From assembly GCA_002269645.1 (NCBI GenBank), contig NIVC01004419.1, positions 1 through 46,656 of the forward strand: 46,656 bases of DNA. Direction: 5' to 3'. The DNA comes from Macrostomum lignano. Taxonomy: Eukaryota. The notes under the pieces are model-generated. The model was not told the origin of the DNA. It searched no databases and worked only from the letters and a program-made list of their open reading frames with translations. Position numbers and translations under genes: made by a program. Below are positions 12,301 through 34,805 of this stretch, one piece after another; the stretch's first letter is position 1, and each line of letters opens with the position of its first letter.

Positions 12301-15300
12301 GAGTAGGCTTTGAATCATTACTGAGCAAGCTCTTCAATCATGACTGAATAGCCTCTTAAATTACGACTGAGTAGGTTCTTCAAATATGACTGAGTTGGCT
12401 TATCAATCATGACTGAGCAGGCTCTAAATTATGACTGAGTAGGCTCTTATATAGGCTGATGATGCTCTAAGGCAGGCTGATCAGAGGTTCTCAAAAAATG
12501 AGAAAACCAGTGAATTGGTGTCTAAAAGCAGCCGTAGAGTCTGCAAAAGCGCCTAATTTCGCTCCCAAACCACCCGCAGAACGACCTGTTTGCCCCCAGC
12601 TACGCCGAAGTAGTTGAAGGCTCCTCCCGCATCGCCAGAATCGAATACCGCATCACAACTGCCAGTTCACTGGCAACGGCCAGGCCGTGTTCTCCCAGCA
12701 CAATCACGTGCAGTACGCCAACAACTTGTGGAATTACACTATCGAGCAGTGCGAATTCTCGCGCAACACTCGCGGCGGATTTGACATCGATTTTCCGTTT
12801 GTTAGTAAAAAATTCGACTGGCGCTACGAAGAGGACATCATGCACTATGTCACTTATAGGAACAACAAGTTCGCGGCCAATCAGAACACGCGCATGGTTA
12901 TCAGAGGCTACAACGCCGATATTAACATATTGAATAGCGAGTTCACTGATAACAGGTGCCAGCGCCAGAGCCTTATCGGCCTGCTTGGCATGGAGAAGCG
13001 GGTCAGCCTATCAGGCAACACCATCACTAACAATGTCAACTGCACCGCACTTGTTGACTTTGACATCGTCTCCCAGACGGAGTTCTCACCGCCCGTGCCG
13101 GCCAGCGTCACCAGGAACGTCATTCGCGGCAACGCCTGCCCGCCGTCCTCCGATCCAGACGGCGTACTGGACTCTTCGACCCCAACCTGCGCGGCCGTCA
13201 GCGTCCAGGGCATTCAAGATGTTCTTGTCCAGCGCAACATCATTAGCAACGGCTACCAGACTGAGCTCATCGCCGGTGTACAATCGTCCAGCCTCATCAA
13301 CTCGTTCAATTGCACCGAAAACTATTGGGGCAGCGTCGATATCGAAGTGATCCGATCGAGAATATTTGACTACGACAGCTGGAACAATTTCGCCGTGGCC
13401 GATTTCAGCCGCTATCTGACCACCGAGTCTCTGGACTCTCCGGTCAGCTCGGCCGTCATACCGCCCAGGACCATCGATTTCAATCGGCCATTCGGCGGCC
13501 GAATCGCGCGGGACACTCGGCTGCAGTGGCGCCGGACGCCTTACCTGGTGAATCGGGACATCACGGTGATGCCCGGTGCCACTCTCAGCATCGATGCCGG
13601 GGTTGAGCTGCAATTCTATCCCAATGTCGGCATGCTGGTGCTGGGCCGCATCGACGCAATGGGCTCCTACAACTCCCCCATCAAAATGCGTCCTGTTGTC
13701 AAGGCGGCAGCGGCTGCAGCCGGACGGAAGCGTCGAAAACGTCGCGACACGACAACTAGCTCAACAGCCGAGTACTTCGCCAAGTACACGGAGCCGGAGT
13801 CCAGCAAAGGCGGCGTGAAAGTGTCGCTTGAACGGAACGGCATTCGGCTGGTGGCTGGCCGAATTGCTAACGAAGGATTTCTGCAGTTTTATAACACCTC
13901 GGCGGCCAGGTGAGTGATAGATACTTAATATGGTTCTGAGGTCTTTACCTCTGATCTCACACTACAAGTAGCAGTCTTTTCTTACTACTCTTTAGTAGGT
14001 GGGTAGCAGGCGATCTCTTATAAAGACCTTTTTGTACAGTAGTTATAGGCACAGGTATTGCTTTTGTCAGCTAAGATGATAATTGGATGATCCACTGCAC
14101 TCGGCCATAGACAATAAGGCCAATCAAGCAGGCAGCTCCAACTCCAAGCATGCTGTCTCCTACAGGCTGCGGCCCAAGCCAGCTGTTAAAGGCTCTGCTC
14201 TCTGGTTTAAAAAGACAATCAAGTAGAGAATTACAAAGCAAGTTGGAGTTAAAACAAAATGGGCTCGGATTTTCTTAGAATTTTCATAACTTTTTTATCA
14301 TTGCGGCAGCTTATTGTTTTATGCATGATTTTTTTGCGGAATAATATCTGTGTTGTGATTTGTTCGCGGCTTTTTTCTATGGTCAAACCCGATAAATTTG
14401 CAGTCTCATGACAAAATTCGCATTCAATTTGCGTTGCATATGCCCAAAAGTAATAAGCAACGAACAGGCGATTTTTTACTGTATAGTTAGCGAGTGTAGA
14501 TAAAATGGTACACTAGGACTCGAACCAGGGTCTTCTTACTAATCCCTTTGCTGCCGCTCCCTAATCCCAGATGGGACATTGTCTGCGACAACCAGTTCTC
14601 CGAAGAGGTCGGCCGCGTCGTCTGCCGCGAGCTCGGCGTCGAGACCTTCAACGTGATCGTCCGGGAGACCTATCTGTACGATCACTACGTGTACGGCTTC
14701 GATAATCAGTTTGTGCGCAAGTACTTCTGGATGCGAACCTACAATTGCAAAGGCACCGAGCTCAGCCGGGCCGAGTGCACCGAGCGGCTGAACTACGACT
14801 CGCTGATGTGCGGCCGCCGCCGCGGCTACGTGTTCCTCCGCTGCGGCCAGTCGAATCTGCAGCCGGGCGAGACCTACTGGGGCAGCATCCGGGTTGCTCA
14901 TCCGGCCATTGAGCAGTCCAACCCCATCACCGGCAAGCCGTCTCAGTTTCGCTACGTGAACATCTACGGCGCGGGCGTGCTGCACAAGCAGAAGGTGGCG
15001 GCAATCCAGACCACCTATCAGTACCCGCTGTTTGACACGGTCACCATTAGCAACTGCGCCAGCGATGGCTATAAAATCATTGCGCCAAGGCAGTTCGTCC
15101 GAGTCGCCAACACCACCGTCCGCGACAACCTCGGCACCGGCTATTCAATCATCGTCTTGAACGGCGACTCGGCGAACCCGGAGACTACGCCTTTGGTGAG
15201 CTTCAATCCTCTGGTTGAGAGCAGCATACCGTATAACCTGGTCGGCCTGGTGGACATCTGCGACAGGCGCAAGGATATGGTTGTCGTTGACCGGCTGCTG

Positions 15301-18300
15301 GTGTTCTACAAATACTCGTACGAGACCAGGGCCTGCACTAAGCTGTTCAGATCGCAGGTCAGCGCCAAGCGGGTGGCGCTGCGGTTCCTCCAGATCCAGC
15401 TCTACTACGATCCGTTCAGCAAGAACTCAATAGAACTGTTCAACGGAGACCGCTTTAACACTACTGAACTGCTGGCCTACATCTCGGCGGCCAATATGAC
15501 CAGTTCAGATGACCGGAGGAGAACATTCAGAACCAGGCCAGCCTATGACACAATGGGCGTACACATTCACGCGTCCAGTGCCGCTCCGACTAACGGTTTC
15601 ATTGCCGAGGTGGTCACCCTGCCGCTTAGTCCGGACAAGACCTACCCGGATCTGAACAACTTCATGGAGCACTACGTCAGACAGTCCGTGTTTACCGGCA
15701 ACCAAGAAGGCGGAGTTCACTATAGAGGAGTTGGCGAGATTAATCCCGACTTTGTGGCGCATTTCAATCAGTTTGAGCGGAACGGATTGGACATATTGAA
15801 TCTAACTAGCAGGCCAGTGCTGTTTGCGCAGATGCAGAATGGCCGCTATCTGGATGTGTCTAATAATTTGGTGAGCACTATCTGAGGTATCTGAAGCCCC
15901 CCTATCTGAGGTATCTGAAGCCTCCCTATTTGAGGTATCTGAAGCCCCCCTATCTGAGGTATCTGAAGCCTCCCTATCTGAGGTATCTGAAGCCCCTCTA
16001 TCTGAGGCATCTGAAGCCCCCCCTATCTGAGGTATCTGAAGCCCCCCTATCTGAGGTATCTGAAGCCTCCCTATCTGAGGTATCTGAAGCCCCCTATCTG
16101 AGGTATCTGAAGCCCCCTATCTGAGGTATCTGAAGCCTCCCTATCTGAGGTATCTGAAGCCCCCCTATCTGAGGTATCTGAAGCCTCCCTATCTGAGGTA
16201 TCTGAAGCCCCCTATCTGAGGTATCTGAAGCCCCCCTATCTGAGGTATCTGAAGCCTCCCTATCTGAGGTATCTGAAGCCCCCCTATCTGAGGTATCTGA
16301 AGCCCCCCTATCTGAGGTATCTGAAGCCCCCCTATCTGAGGTATCTGAAGCCCCCCTATCTGAGGTATCTGAAGCCTCCCTATCTGAGGTATCTGAAGCC
16401 CCCCTATCTGAGGTATCTGAAGCCCCCCTATCTGAGGTATCTGAAGCCTCCCTATCTGAGGTATCTGAAGCCCCCTATCTGAGGTATCTGAAGCCCCCCT
16501 ATCTGAGGTATCTGAAGCCCCCCTATCTGAGGTATCTGAAGCCCCCTATCTGAGGTATCTGAAGCCTCCCTATCTGAGGTATCTGAAAACTCCCTATCTT
16601 AGGTATCTGAAGCCTCCCTATCTGAGGTATCTGAAGCCCCCCTATCTTAGGTATCTGAAGCCTCCCTATCTTAGGTATCTGAAGCCCCCTATCTGAGGCA
16701 TCTGAAGCCCCCTATCTGAGGCATCTGGAGTATCTGAAGCCCTTATCTGAGGCATCTGAAGCCCCCTATCTGAGGCATCTGGAGTATCTGAAGCCCATAT
16801 CTGATGCATCTGAAGCCCACCTATCTGATGCATCTGAAGCCCTCCCCCATCTGAGGCATCTGAAGCCCCCTCCATCTGAAGTATCTGAAGCCCCTATCTG
16901 AAGCATCTGAAGCACTCCTATCTGAGGCATCTGAAGCCCCCTCTCTGAGTCGTCTCGAAAGTCTCGAAGGTCTCAAAACTAGCTACGTTATTATCATACG
17001 TGACTAATTGGTACCTCGCCAATCTGTCAGGTGCTGAACAACTTCGGCGGTCTGCAATTCGACATGTGGTCCACCGGCCTGTCCAAGTCGGCCAAGTCCA
17101 ACATCACCAACAACGCTATCATTCGCAACACGCACGGCGGCGCCCTGTGGATCAGCGGCAATCACTACAATATGTTCAAAGTTACCAACAATTTCTTCGA
17201 ATCCAACGTTGCCGAGATGCGCGATTTAGTCAGCATCCAGGGCGTCCTGATGAAGCCGTTCGCTAGGAACTACTTCCACCGCAATGTTGCCGGCTATATT
17301 ATGAATGCGTCGGGGTACGAGGACCTGTCCACCAAGTCGGAGTTCTCCTGGAACGGCTTCTACCAGAACCAGGCGCTGAACTGGACGCGCCGGTCCACCA
17401 TCTTCCTCGGCAGCACGAAGCACCAGTTCCGGCATAATTACTTCCGCAACCTGGCTAATAACTTCGAGATCGCCACGGGCAACATGTCGATCATTCGGAC
17501 AGCCGATATTGACACGAACGGAAACTGCCTGGCGGAGGCCTGGTTCTGCAAAGAAGGCTGGGTCAAGCGCCTGGAGTTCAACAAATGCATCTGCTATCGG
17601 CGCGACACGGTTGACGCTCGCTACAACTGGTGGGGCGAGCCGTACAGCTTCTACGCGCCCGGCCGGCTGTGGGACAACTCCGATGATCCGTACATAATCG
17701 GCATCGACTACAGCAACTACTACACTGACAACAGCTCAGTGCTGGAGAGTCCCCAGTGCCCGCCAACGTCAAACGTGTCCGCCGGCAACTGCTATTGGTG
17801 GTTCGGCGCTCCGCTCACCTACGATCGGGCTAAACTGTTCTGCCAAAATGAGATCGGCGGCGTCATGGGCGACAGTCGGGACAGCGTCAGCTTCATGACC
17901 GCCCTGATGGCCAGCAGTCAGAATAATTACGATTGGATCAATCGGTACGCTTGGACAACTCGTGGCTGGGTCTACAGCGAGCAGCCGTTCCCGGCCGCCT
18001 GTCCGGTTGTCCGCAACAACTGGCTGGAAGGCTTCCCCTGCGACACGGCAACATCGTTCTTCTGCCAGGTGTCACCGTCTGGCACCCTGCGGACTATGGA
18101 GACGGCCGTGCTGGCATCCATCAGCTCAATCCTGGCGCTGTTCCTCCTGCTGGCGCTGGTGCTGCTAATTCTATGGGCCTACAAGTCGCGCCAGCGCCAG
18201 AAAGCGCGCATGGTCAGGCGCGAGAACTATCGGGCCTCCACGAAGTCGTCGCGAAGCGCCGCCGGAGCTTTCGGCACCGCCGTCACCCAGCACGAGTACC

Positions 18301-19058
18301 TGAGCGGCGGGTCGCGCAGCAACACAGGTCTGGGCTTCTACACTCTGCAGAGCGGCCTTCCCATGTCCGACTATCGACCCCCGGCCGACGCGCAGTCAGT
18401 GGTAACCGGCCTGACCGCAGGCGGGCTCGGCCCGGCCGGCCGGCGCGAGTCGGACCGAGGCATCCGGCTGGCTGACACTGTGGACACGCTGGACCGCGCT
18501 AAAGTTGAAGAGCTGCAGAGCGCATCCTCGGCCACTAGCTCGGACGGCTCGTCCTCCGTCTACAGGCCGTCGCTGGCCGGTCCGGCCACCACGCTTAGCG
18601 GCAGCCGGCGGTTCATGATCGAGAACCAGATCCCGGAGGCCGACACTCCGCAGCTCAGCGGCGCCGCGGCCGCCGCGCCGGCTCGAATCCGAATGGGCAC
18701 AGGCGGCGCCGGTGCCGGGCCGCCCGACCACATGCGGCGCAACAAGCTCACCCTGTCCCGGCCGGCCACCAACCCCATGCAGACGCGCCACCCGCAGGCC
18801 GCTCCGCCGAACGTGACGGAGCCGCAGCCGCCTGCTCAGCCTCCTCGGCAGCGAGGTCACTTCGACTCCGAGTTCGAGGACGACGATGACGACGACGACC
18901 AGGAAGGAAAGACGTCCAGCGACGAGCTGACGCCAACAACCGGACAGCAGCCGCAGCCGCAGTCTCGGCCAGCCTATCTGCATCAGCCGCGCCGGAGTCT
19001 GGGACGGACAGCTGACGATGTTCGGCGATTCGCCTCAGCCGGCGAGTCGGACATTTGA
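329..19058 (+). CDS. bark: Protein bark beetle / Anakonda-like type I membrane protein: signal peptide, 3 SRCR domains with CUB-like and parallel beta-helix repeats, C-type lectin, TM, cytoplasmic tail; ~3,000 aa
   Basis: Exons inferred from GT-AG sites with matching phases: 329-575, 1080-1252, 1333-1599, 1970-2375, 3277-3672, 4130-4539, 7307-7996, 8545-8728, 9251-9928, 10772-11659, 12580-13909, 14571-15870, 17031-19058 (about 9.0 kb). Signal peptide MASPWILQWLLVVLALCQLGSS. SRCR motifs: [64 protein letters not shown]. Repeated PYxVxRDIxV-PGAxL-I-PGVxLxF units and N[FY]WG beta-helix ends. CTL: CYWWFGAPLTYDRAKLFC..FPCDTATSFFCQ. TM: VLASISSILALFLLLALVLLILWAY. Architecture and length match Drosophila Bark/Anakonda from established knowledge. 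Several single-base frame breaks are needed in exons 1-4 and 11. Confidence 0.88.
729..1035. repeat. 52-bp tandem repeat (~6 copies) in bark intron 1
   Basis: Unit cacgtgacttgcttctaattggctgaacctacagtcaaatattctctcttat, starting near 731, 783, 835, 887, 938 and 988. Confidence 0.9.
1627..1945. repeat. C-rich degenerate minisatellite in bark intron 3
   Basis: Reiterated cactccgcctacgcacc(cacct/taact). Confidence 0.9.
2560..3071. mobile_element. hAT-type non-autonomous element (MITE) with internal 21-bp tandem array
   Basis: TIR caggggcgtcgcca (2560) / tggcgacgcgcctg (ends 3071), 13/14 match. Identical 8-bp flanks cacatccc at 2552-2559 and 3072-3079. Internal ggcactcattttggcgcc(t/a)ta array at ~2672-2976. 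An 8-bp TSD with CAG-starting TIRs is the hAT signature. Confidence 0.88.
3765..4100. repeat. C-rich degenerate minisatellite in bark intron 5 (related tract at ~2470-2560 and 3072-3200 in intron 4)
   Basis: Reiterated cccacactccccatatcctacactccccttat. Confidence 0.85.
4560..7255. repeat. 28-bp tandem satellite, ~96 copies, filling bark intron 6
   Basis: Unit gtcatagattgttgtcggtacttttagg, no spacers. Confidence 0.97.
8232..8435. repeat. ~20-bp tandem repeat in bark intron 7
   Basis: Reiterated ccagtctttgtctcatat(aa/gg). Confidence 0.85.
8808..9172. repeat. 24-bp tandem repeat (~15 copies) in bark intron 8
   Basis: Unit gaccctaagctactgagcagctat; it produces the spurious DPKLLSSY ORF. Confidence 0.95.
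9968..10175 (+). mobile_element. tRNA-derived SINE-like repeat, family A, copy 1
   Basis: A-box-like tagcctagta and B-box-like ggctcgattcc. Body ctctgatgtgccagcggcccgggctcgattccaagt...taaattggaatctcggcttggctctgctcg...gtgtacatgcct is shared with the copy at 30822. Confidence 0.7.
11680..12450. repeat. 23-bp tandem repeat, two variant blocks, in bark intron 10
   Basis: gactgagtaggctctgcaactgt grading into gactgagtagactcttcattcat. Confidence 0.95.
14105..14382. mobile_element. Candidate CCATAG-terminal miniature element
   Basis: Begins ccatagacaa (14105) and ends ttttctatgg (14382); 9/10 inverted match. Non-coding. Confidence 0.4.
15878..16950. repeat. ~25-bp tandem repeat in bark intron 12
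   Basis: Unit ctatctgaggtatctgaagccccc with variable C-run; starts 7 nt after the donor at 15871. Confidence 0.95.
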
Positions 19059-20021
19059 GATTTAATGATGTTGCAGAGAAGAAATGGTTAGTTAATGACA
19101 CTGAGTTAATGTTGACAGGCCGCCTGACTGAACCATGTGATTTTAAGCATTTGTTTATCAAATGACGATTCAGTTTAATAAATCATGTTTAACCTGATGC
19201 TGGCGCATGATTAGGTCAGGCTAGGCGGTAGGCTGTCGTGTTTATTATTACGGTTTACCAATCGCTGTGGCCATTGCGGCATGTGCAATGGTTTCTACAA
19301 AAATCGTGCTTTAATTTAATGACTTAATTTGTTTTGTAAGTCATTTTACTGAAGGATACCTTGCAAGCACACGATTTTTTTAATCTATGCCTACTTTCAG
19401 TGGTAATTAATTTATATTATCTACACTCTGCTACCAACTATAGCTATGTATACATTCCAATTTTATAAGCAGTATGCATGTTTCTTGTTTTATTTACGAT
19501 TGTCGCTTACATTCCCAGTTCGTGCTGTCTTGCTTAATCTTATTATTGCTAAGTTTTATTAGTTTTCGAATTTTTTTATGTTTTTTATATTTCCAGTGCT
19601 GTGCTGTTCCGTACTTTGTCTATTTGACTTTTGGTTTGATTTTCTTCTCTGCAGACTCATTTTGACATATCCTCCATTGTCATAAGTTTTGTAAATCGAA
19701 TGTGTAGTTCAGTTCCTATTTGCTTGCTACATGTAATTCCATTTGTTGATGGATATATTTACAAAAATTGCGCACATACAATACAGGGTCTGCTTGCACT
19801 CTTGCACTTTTAATGAACTTAAACAATCTGATCCGTGTATAGTGTGTGTTTTCTAGTTTTTTTTTAATTGATTAATTCTTTCCATTCCAATAGCACCCGT
19901 GTTATCGTCCACTGTCCCGCCAGCATATCAGTATCTTCTGTGGAATTTTTAGGCTTTTTGCTAGCTTTTCTTTTTAATAGCCAGTGGAGTTATCAAAGCT
20001 GATTATGATTATTAGGGCGCG

Positions 20022-20360
20022 AGGGTTTATTGCTAGCTCCGCACACGAGGGTGGGGTTAAAACCGGCTGCTGGTGATAAGAGTGTAAGGGTTTATTGCTA
20101 GCTCCGCGCACAGTGGGTGGGGGTTAAAACCGGCTGCTGGTGATAAGAGTGTAAGGGTTTATTGCTAGCTCCGCGCACAGTGGGTGGGGGTTTAAACGGC
20201 TGCTGGTGATAAGAGTGTAAGGGTTTATTGCTAGCTCTGCGCACAGTGGGTGGGGGTTAAAAACGGCTGCTGGTGATAAGAGTGTAAGGGTTTGTTGCTA
20301 GCTCCGCGCACAGTGGGTGGGGGTTAAAACGGCTGCTGGTGATAAGAGTGTAAGGGTTTA
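20022..20360. repeat. ~66-bp tandem repeat, 5 copies, downstream of bark
   Basis: Unit gggtttattgctagctccgcgcacagtgggtgggggttaaaaccggctgctggtgataagagtgtaa. Confidence 0.92.
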
Positions 20361-22459
20361 TCCCAGTTATAAAGGTTCTTCATTTAACTCTGCAACCGAT
20401 GACATAACAGAGCAACCACTGTACTTGTACTGCGCTGCGTACAATCTTCAATATATTTCTACACTTTCTTCAACTTCATTCCAAAGTCGGCTTCATTCCA
20501 AAGTTAACAACACTTGCCTGTACCGATAATGTATGCCTTGCAATGAAAATTTTGAAACTATTAATAATAAAATTTGTAAGCTACCAATTACAAGCTGCTG
20601 CTGTATAAAAGTATACTCTGTCCTTAATTGTCAGGTAGCTAAGGCATAGTAATCTGCCAATAAATTATGGCTTAATTCTTCACTGCGCATTGCTTACTTT
20701 CTTCCGTGGCCTTAATCCCATTCTTTACTGGCTGCTTTCACTCGGGGAATTAATTAATATAAATCTCATATTTAATTACCACGAGCCGCCATCAGGTTTG
20801 TGTCTAAGTGTCCGAGTGTGCGCTCTTGTGTTTTCGGTGTAATGTATCACCTTTTTTAATTTAATCTCCCGCTTGGAGAGCGGACCCATGCACCTGCGCT
20901 ACGAATTAATCAAAGCAAGGAACTTGAAGGCACCTGACATTGCGCTGGCCGCCCCATGCTGAGGCGGTGGGAAGGGTGAACACGACGAGACAGAAAGGGA
21001 AATGAGGCGAGACAGGAATTCCAGGAAACAGCCTTGAAGAGAGGGGATTTTCAATTAAGGGAGGCTTTGCAAGAATTTTTTGCTACTACCCCTTTCCCTC
21101 TTTCATCTCGATATTTTATCATCTTATCGGCTCTAAAGCCCTGGAGAGGGAGAGTGAAGACCATCAAATATTCCCTTTGCTCGAATCTGATTAAATCCGG
21201 CCTCCTTCCCCTGTCACCTGCATCCGTGTGTGAGTCTGGTCTGTGAATCTGAGATAGGCCCGAGTCCTGGACTTTTCCTGGCACACCTTTGCTTGCGTAT
21301 CACTTGGCTGGCTCACCTCGCTAAGCTGCAATCATCCAACTCGCCTGTTGCTTGCGCGAGTATGAGAATTTTAAAGCGATAAATTAAGTTTGAATGTCGA
21401 GCACTTTGATGGCGAATTGTTGCATAGCAGTACCAATGAGGAAAATAAAACCTCTGAGGAAGATCTCTGAGGAAGAGGAACCTCTGAGGAAGATCTATTC
21501 GATGTATACTCAGCAACATTGAAAAGTCGCCACCCTTTGAGTGACCAGTGTCTATCACCTGGCCAACCATTCTGATCTTAAAAATGCTTGAAAAAACGAT
21601 GAAAACCGGGCGGAAGTTTCAATCCATCCAATCTTCGCCATCCGCTCTTCCCTAACCCTCCTCACCCAGCTCAACTCTGTGTTTGCGTGGCCAAAGTTGC
21701 GTCACTCAAAAGTCAATACTAGCTGGAATTTACTGCGCACTAGAAAAACTATAGAATTTATGTCAAACCACATGTACATTATAAAGGCTTGATCACCCTG
21801 CCATAACTATGCCAAAAAGCACACGAATGATTTACATAGCGACGAAAAAGGCGTTATGAAGAGTCAATTTAAGTAAAATCCTAGAGTAGACTCAGACTAA
21901 CCGCTTCTAATAGATTGCCAAATAGACAGGAAAGTCTGAGCGAGTTTAGTGTTTATTTTCCCACAGCATACTCTTAGAATTCTAGTCCATCGAGGCCCAA
22001 TGATTGATCAGACAAAGCCAACCTACGACCTAGAAATTTGGGCGGCGACATATTTGACAGATGGATGCTAGGCAGACAGACTGCGGAGAGTGTGCAATCA
22101 GCTAAAATAGGTAGATTAATACTGACAAGTTGGTTAAGAGAGAAGTCAGTCAAACTTGACAGCGCTGTGTAACCTGCAATCAAAGGACTCTCTTTGTCTG
22201 CCAGTCAGTTTCAATTCAATTCATGAACAGTTGATGCAGAAAGGACACTGCACTTGCAACTAGTGAAAATTTCAGTGAATGCCGGCTTTCGCTGCAAAAC
22301 GTATTTAGCAAATTACAATACTTTCAGCTTTTATAGGACTAAATTCGCAATGTCTGAGCTCCTGAATCTTCCGAATTCCAAATGGAGCAAAGATATGTGC
22401 TTTTTCCGAGTTTGATGCGCAAGATCAACAAGAAAAATTGTATAAATAGCGGCAACACT

Positions 22460-22585
22460 AGAGCCATCACTGTGACATTCGTAATCTTCTAGTAGAGTCA
22501 TCACTGTGACATTCGTGATCTTCTAGTAGAGCCATCATTGTGACATCCGTGATCTTCAAGAGCCATCACTCTCGCCTCCGTGATC
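22460..22585. repeat. 34-bp tandem repeat, ~3.5 copies
   Basis: Unit agagccatcactgtgacattcgtaatcttctagt. Confidence 0.8.
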
Positions 22586-22724
22586 CAAAATGCTTTTTGA
22601 ATCGGGCTCGACCGAATTTGTCTATGGCAAGACCCCACTCAACGTTATGCGTTTTCTGATACTGCAGATGCTTTTGTCAACCAAGTTCAGAACTCTTATT
22701 TGGCAACAGTAGATTTAGTCTTGC

Positions 22725-23001
<277 letters not shown>

Positions 23002-24117
23002 CCGAACTACGACATATATTACCTATAGCTGTGTCACTCCAGCATTCGCTAATGTATTTAAAGGCCCCGTAAACCCGGGGTTTGGGCCACAGACACCAGC
23101 TGCTGCTGCTAATGCTTGAGAGCTCATTTCTACGGGAAAATCGAGTGTAGCCGTCCTTGTACGAGTAATTCAGTCGTCCATGGTGCTAATAAAAAACTGG
23201 AAGTTTCCCATTCTCCCGCATGCATCCGGCAGCGAAAACCAACCAATCATGTATTTTTAACTGTCTGCCTTATCAATGCAGCAGTTATCGCTCTGTCAAC
23301 CTGAATCGGAGCCTAGCTGATAAGCTCATAGTTATAGAGCTGAGATTGCTGAAATCCTGGACATCTGCCGGTGCCGTCCCCTCGCTAGCGTCATTTGCTC
23401 GACTGTGTGCATCTGGCGGAGGCTGCAGCACAGCTGGCAACGAGAAATGAGCCCCCCACTGCGGTGCGGGGCTCATTTCTTATTTATTTTCGAGGGAAAA
23501 TCGTCTGTAAATACGATTATCTGACGTTATTTTTTTATAAAATTCAAATGTGGCTAAGCTCTAGTGCGGGATTGCATAAACAACTCGAAGGTCGGCTGTC
23601 CAGTATACTATATAGTATTTCTGAATGTATTGTATTAGGTTTGTTACAATTTAAACCTGTACGCTCGTAGATGTAAATATCGCAGTCGATAAGCCAGAGA
23701 GTGACAGAAACAGTATAATTTTTTAAGAATTAACGGGTATTGTTTAACTGATATCACGAGGGCAGCACAATGTACTTTTAATATCAGTCTGGGTGAAGTC
23801 TATTTTAGGCCTGGGTATAAAAAACAACATCTGTTTAATTAAAAAATGATCCAATTTTCATGCCAGAAATCCTCCTACCCTTTTTGAGAGAGAGAAGGAG
23901 AGAAGCAAAAAATATTAAAATCTCAGATTTCTGCTGTTGCCACCTCATTAGCGTTTGATGACCCAATTTGAAAAGTTTTTTAAAAGAACAAAATTCGAAT
24001 TTTCAATAACTTTCGGGGTCAGGGCTATATAGGCAGCAAAGGAATCTCCAGTTCGACATGGACTACTGAAAAAGAGTATCTGGGAGTTTTTAGATGTCCA
24101 TGCTCTTGCCTCGATCC

Positions 24118-34805
<10,688 letters not shown>

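Noticed and set aside
18396-19161. Long antisense ORFs over coding exons (also 7251-7868, 13086-13613, 14539-14985, 37503-38165)
   Set aside because: Expected shadow ORFs of GC3-rich sense exons; no independent motifs.
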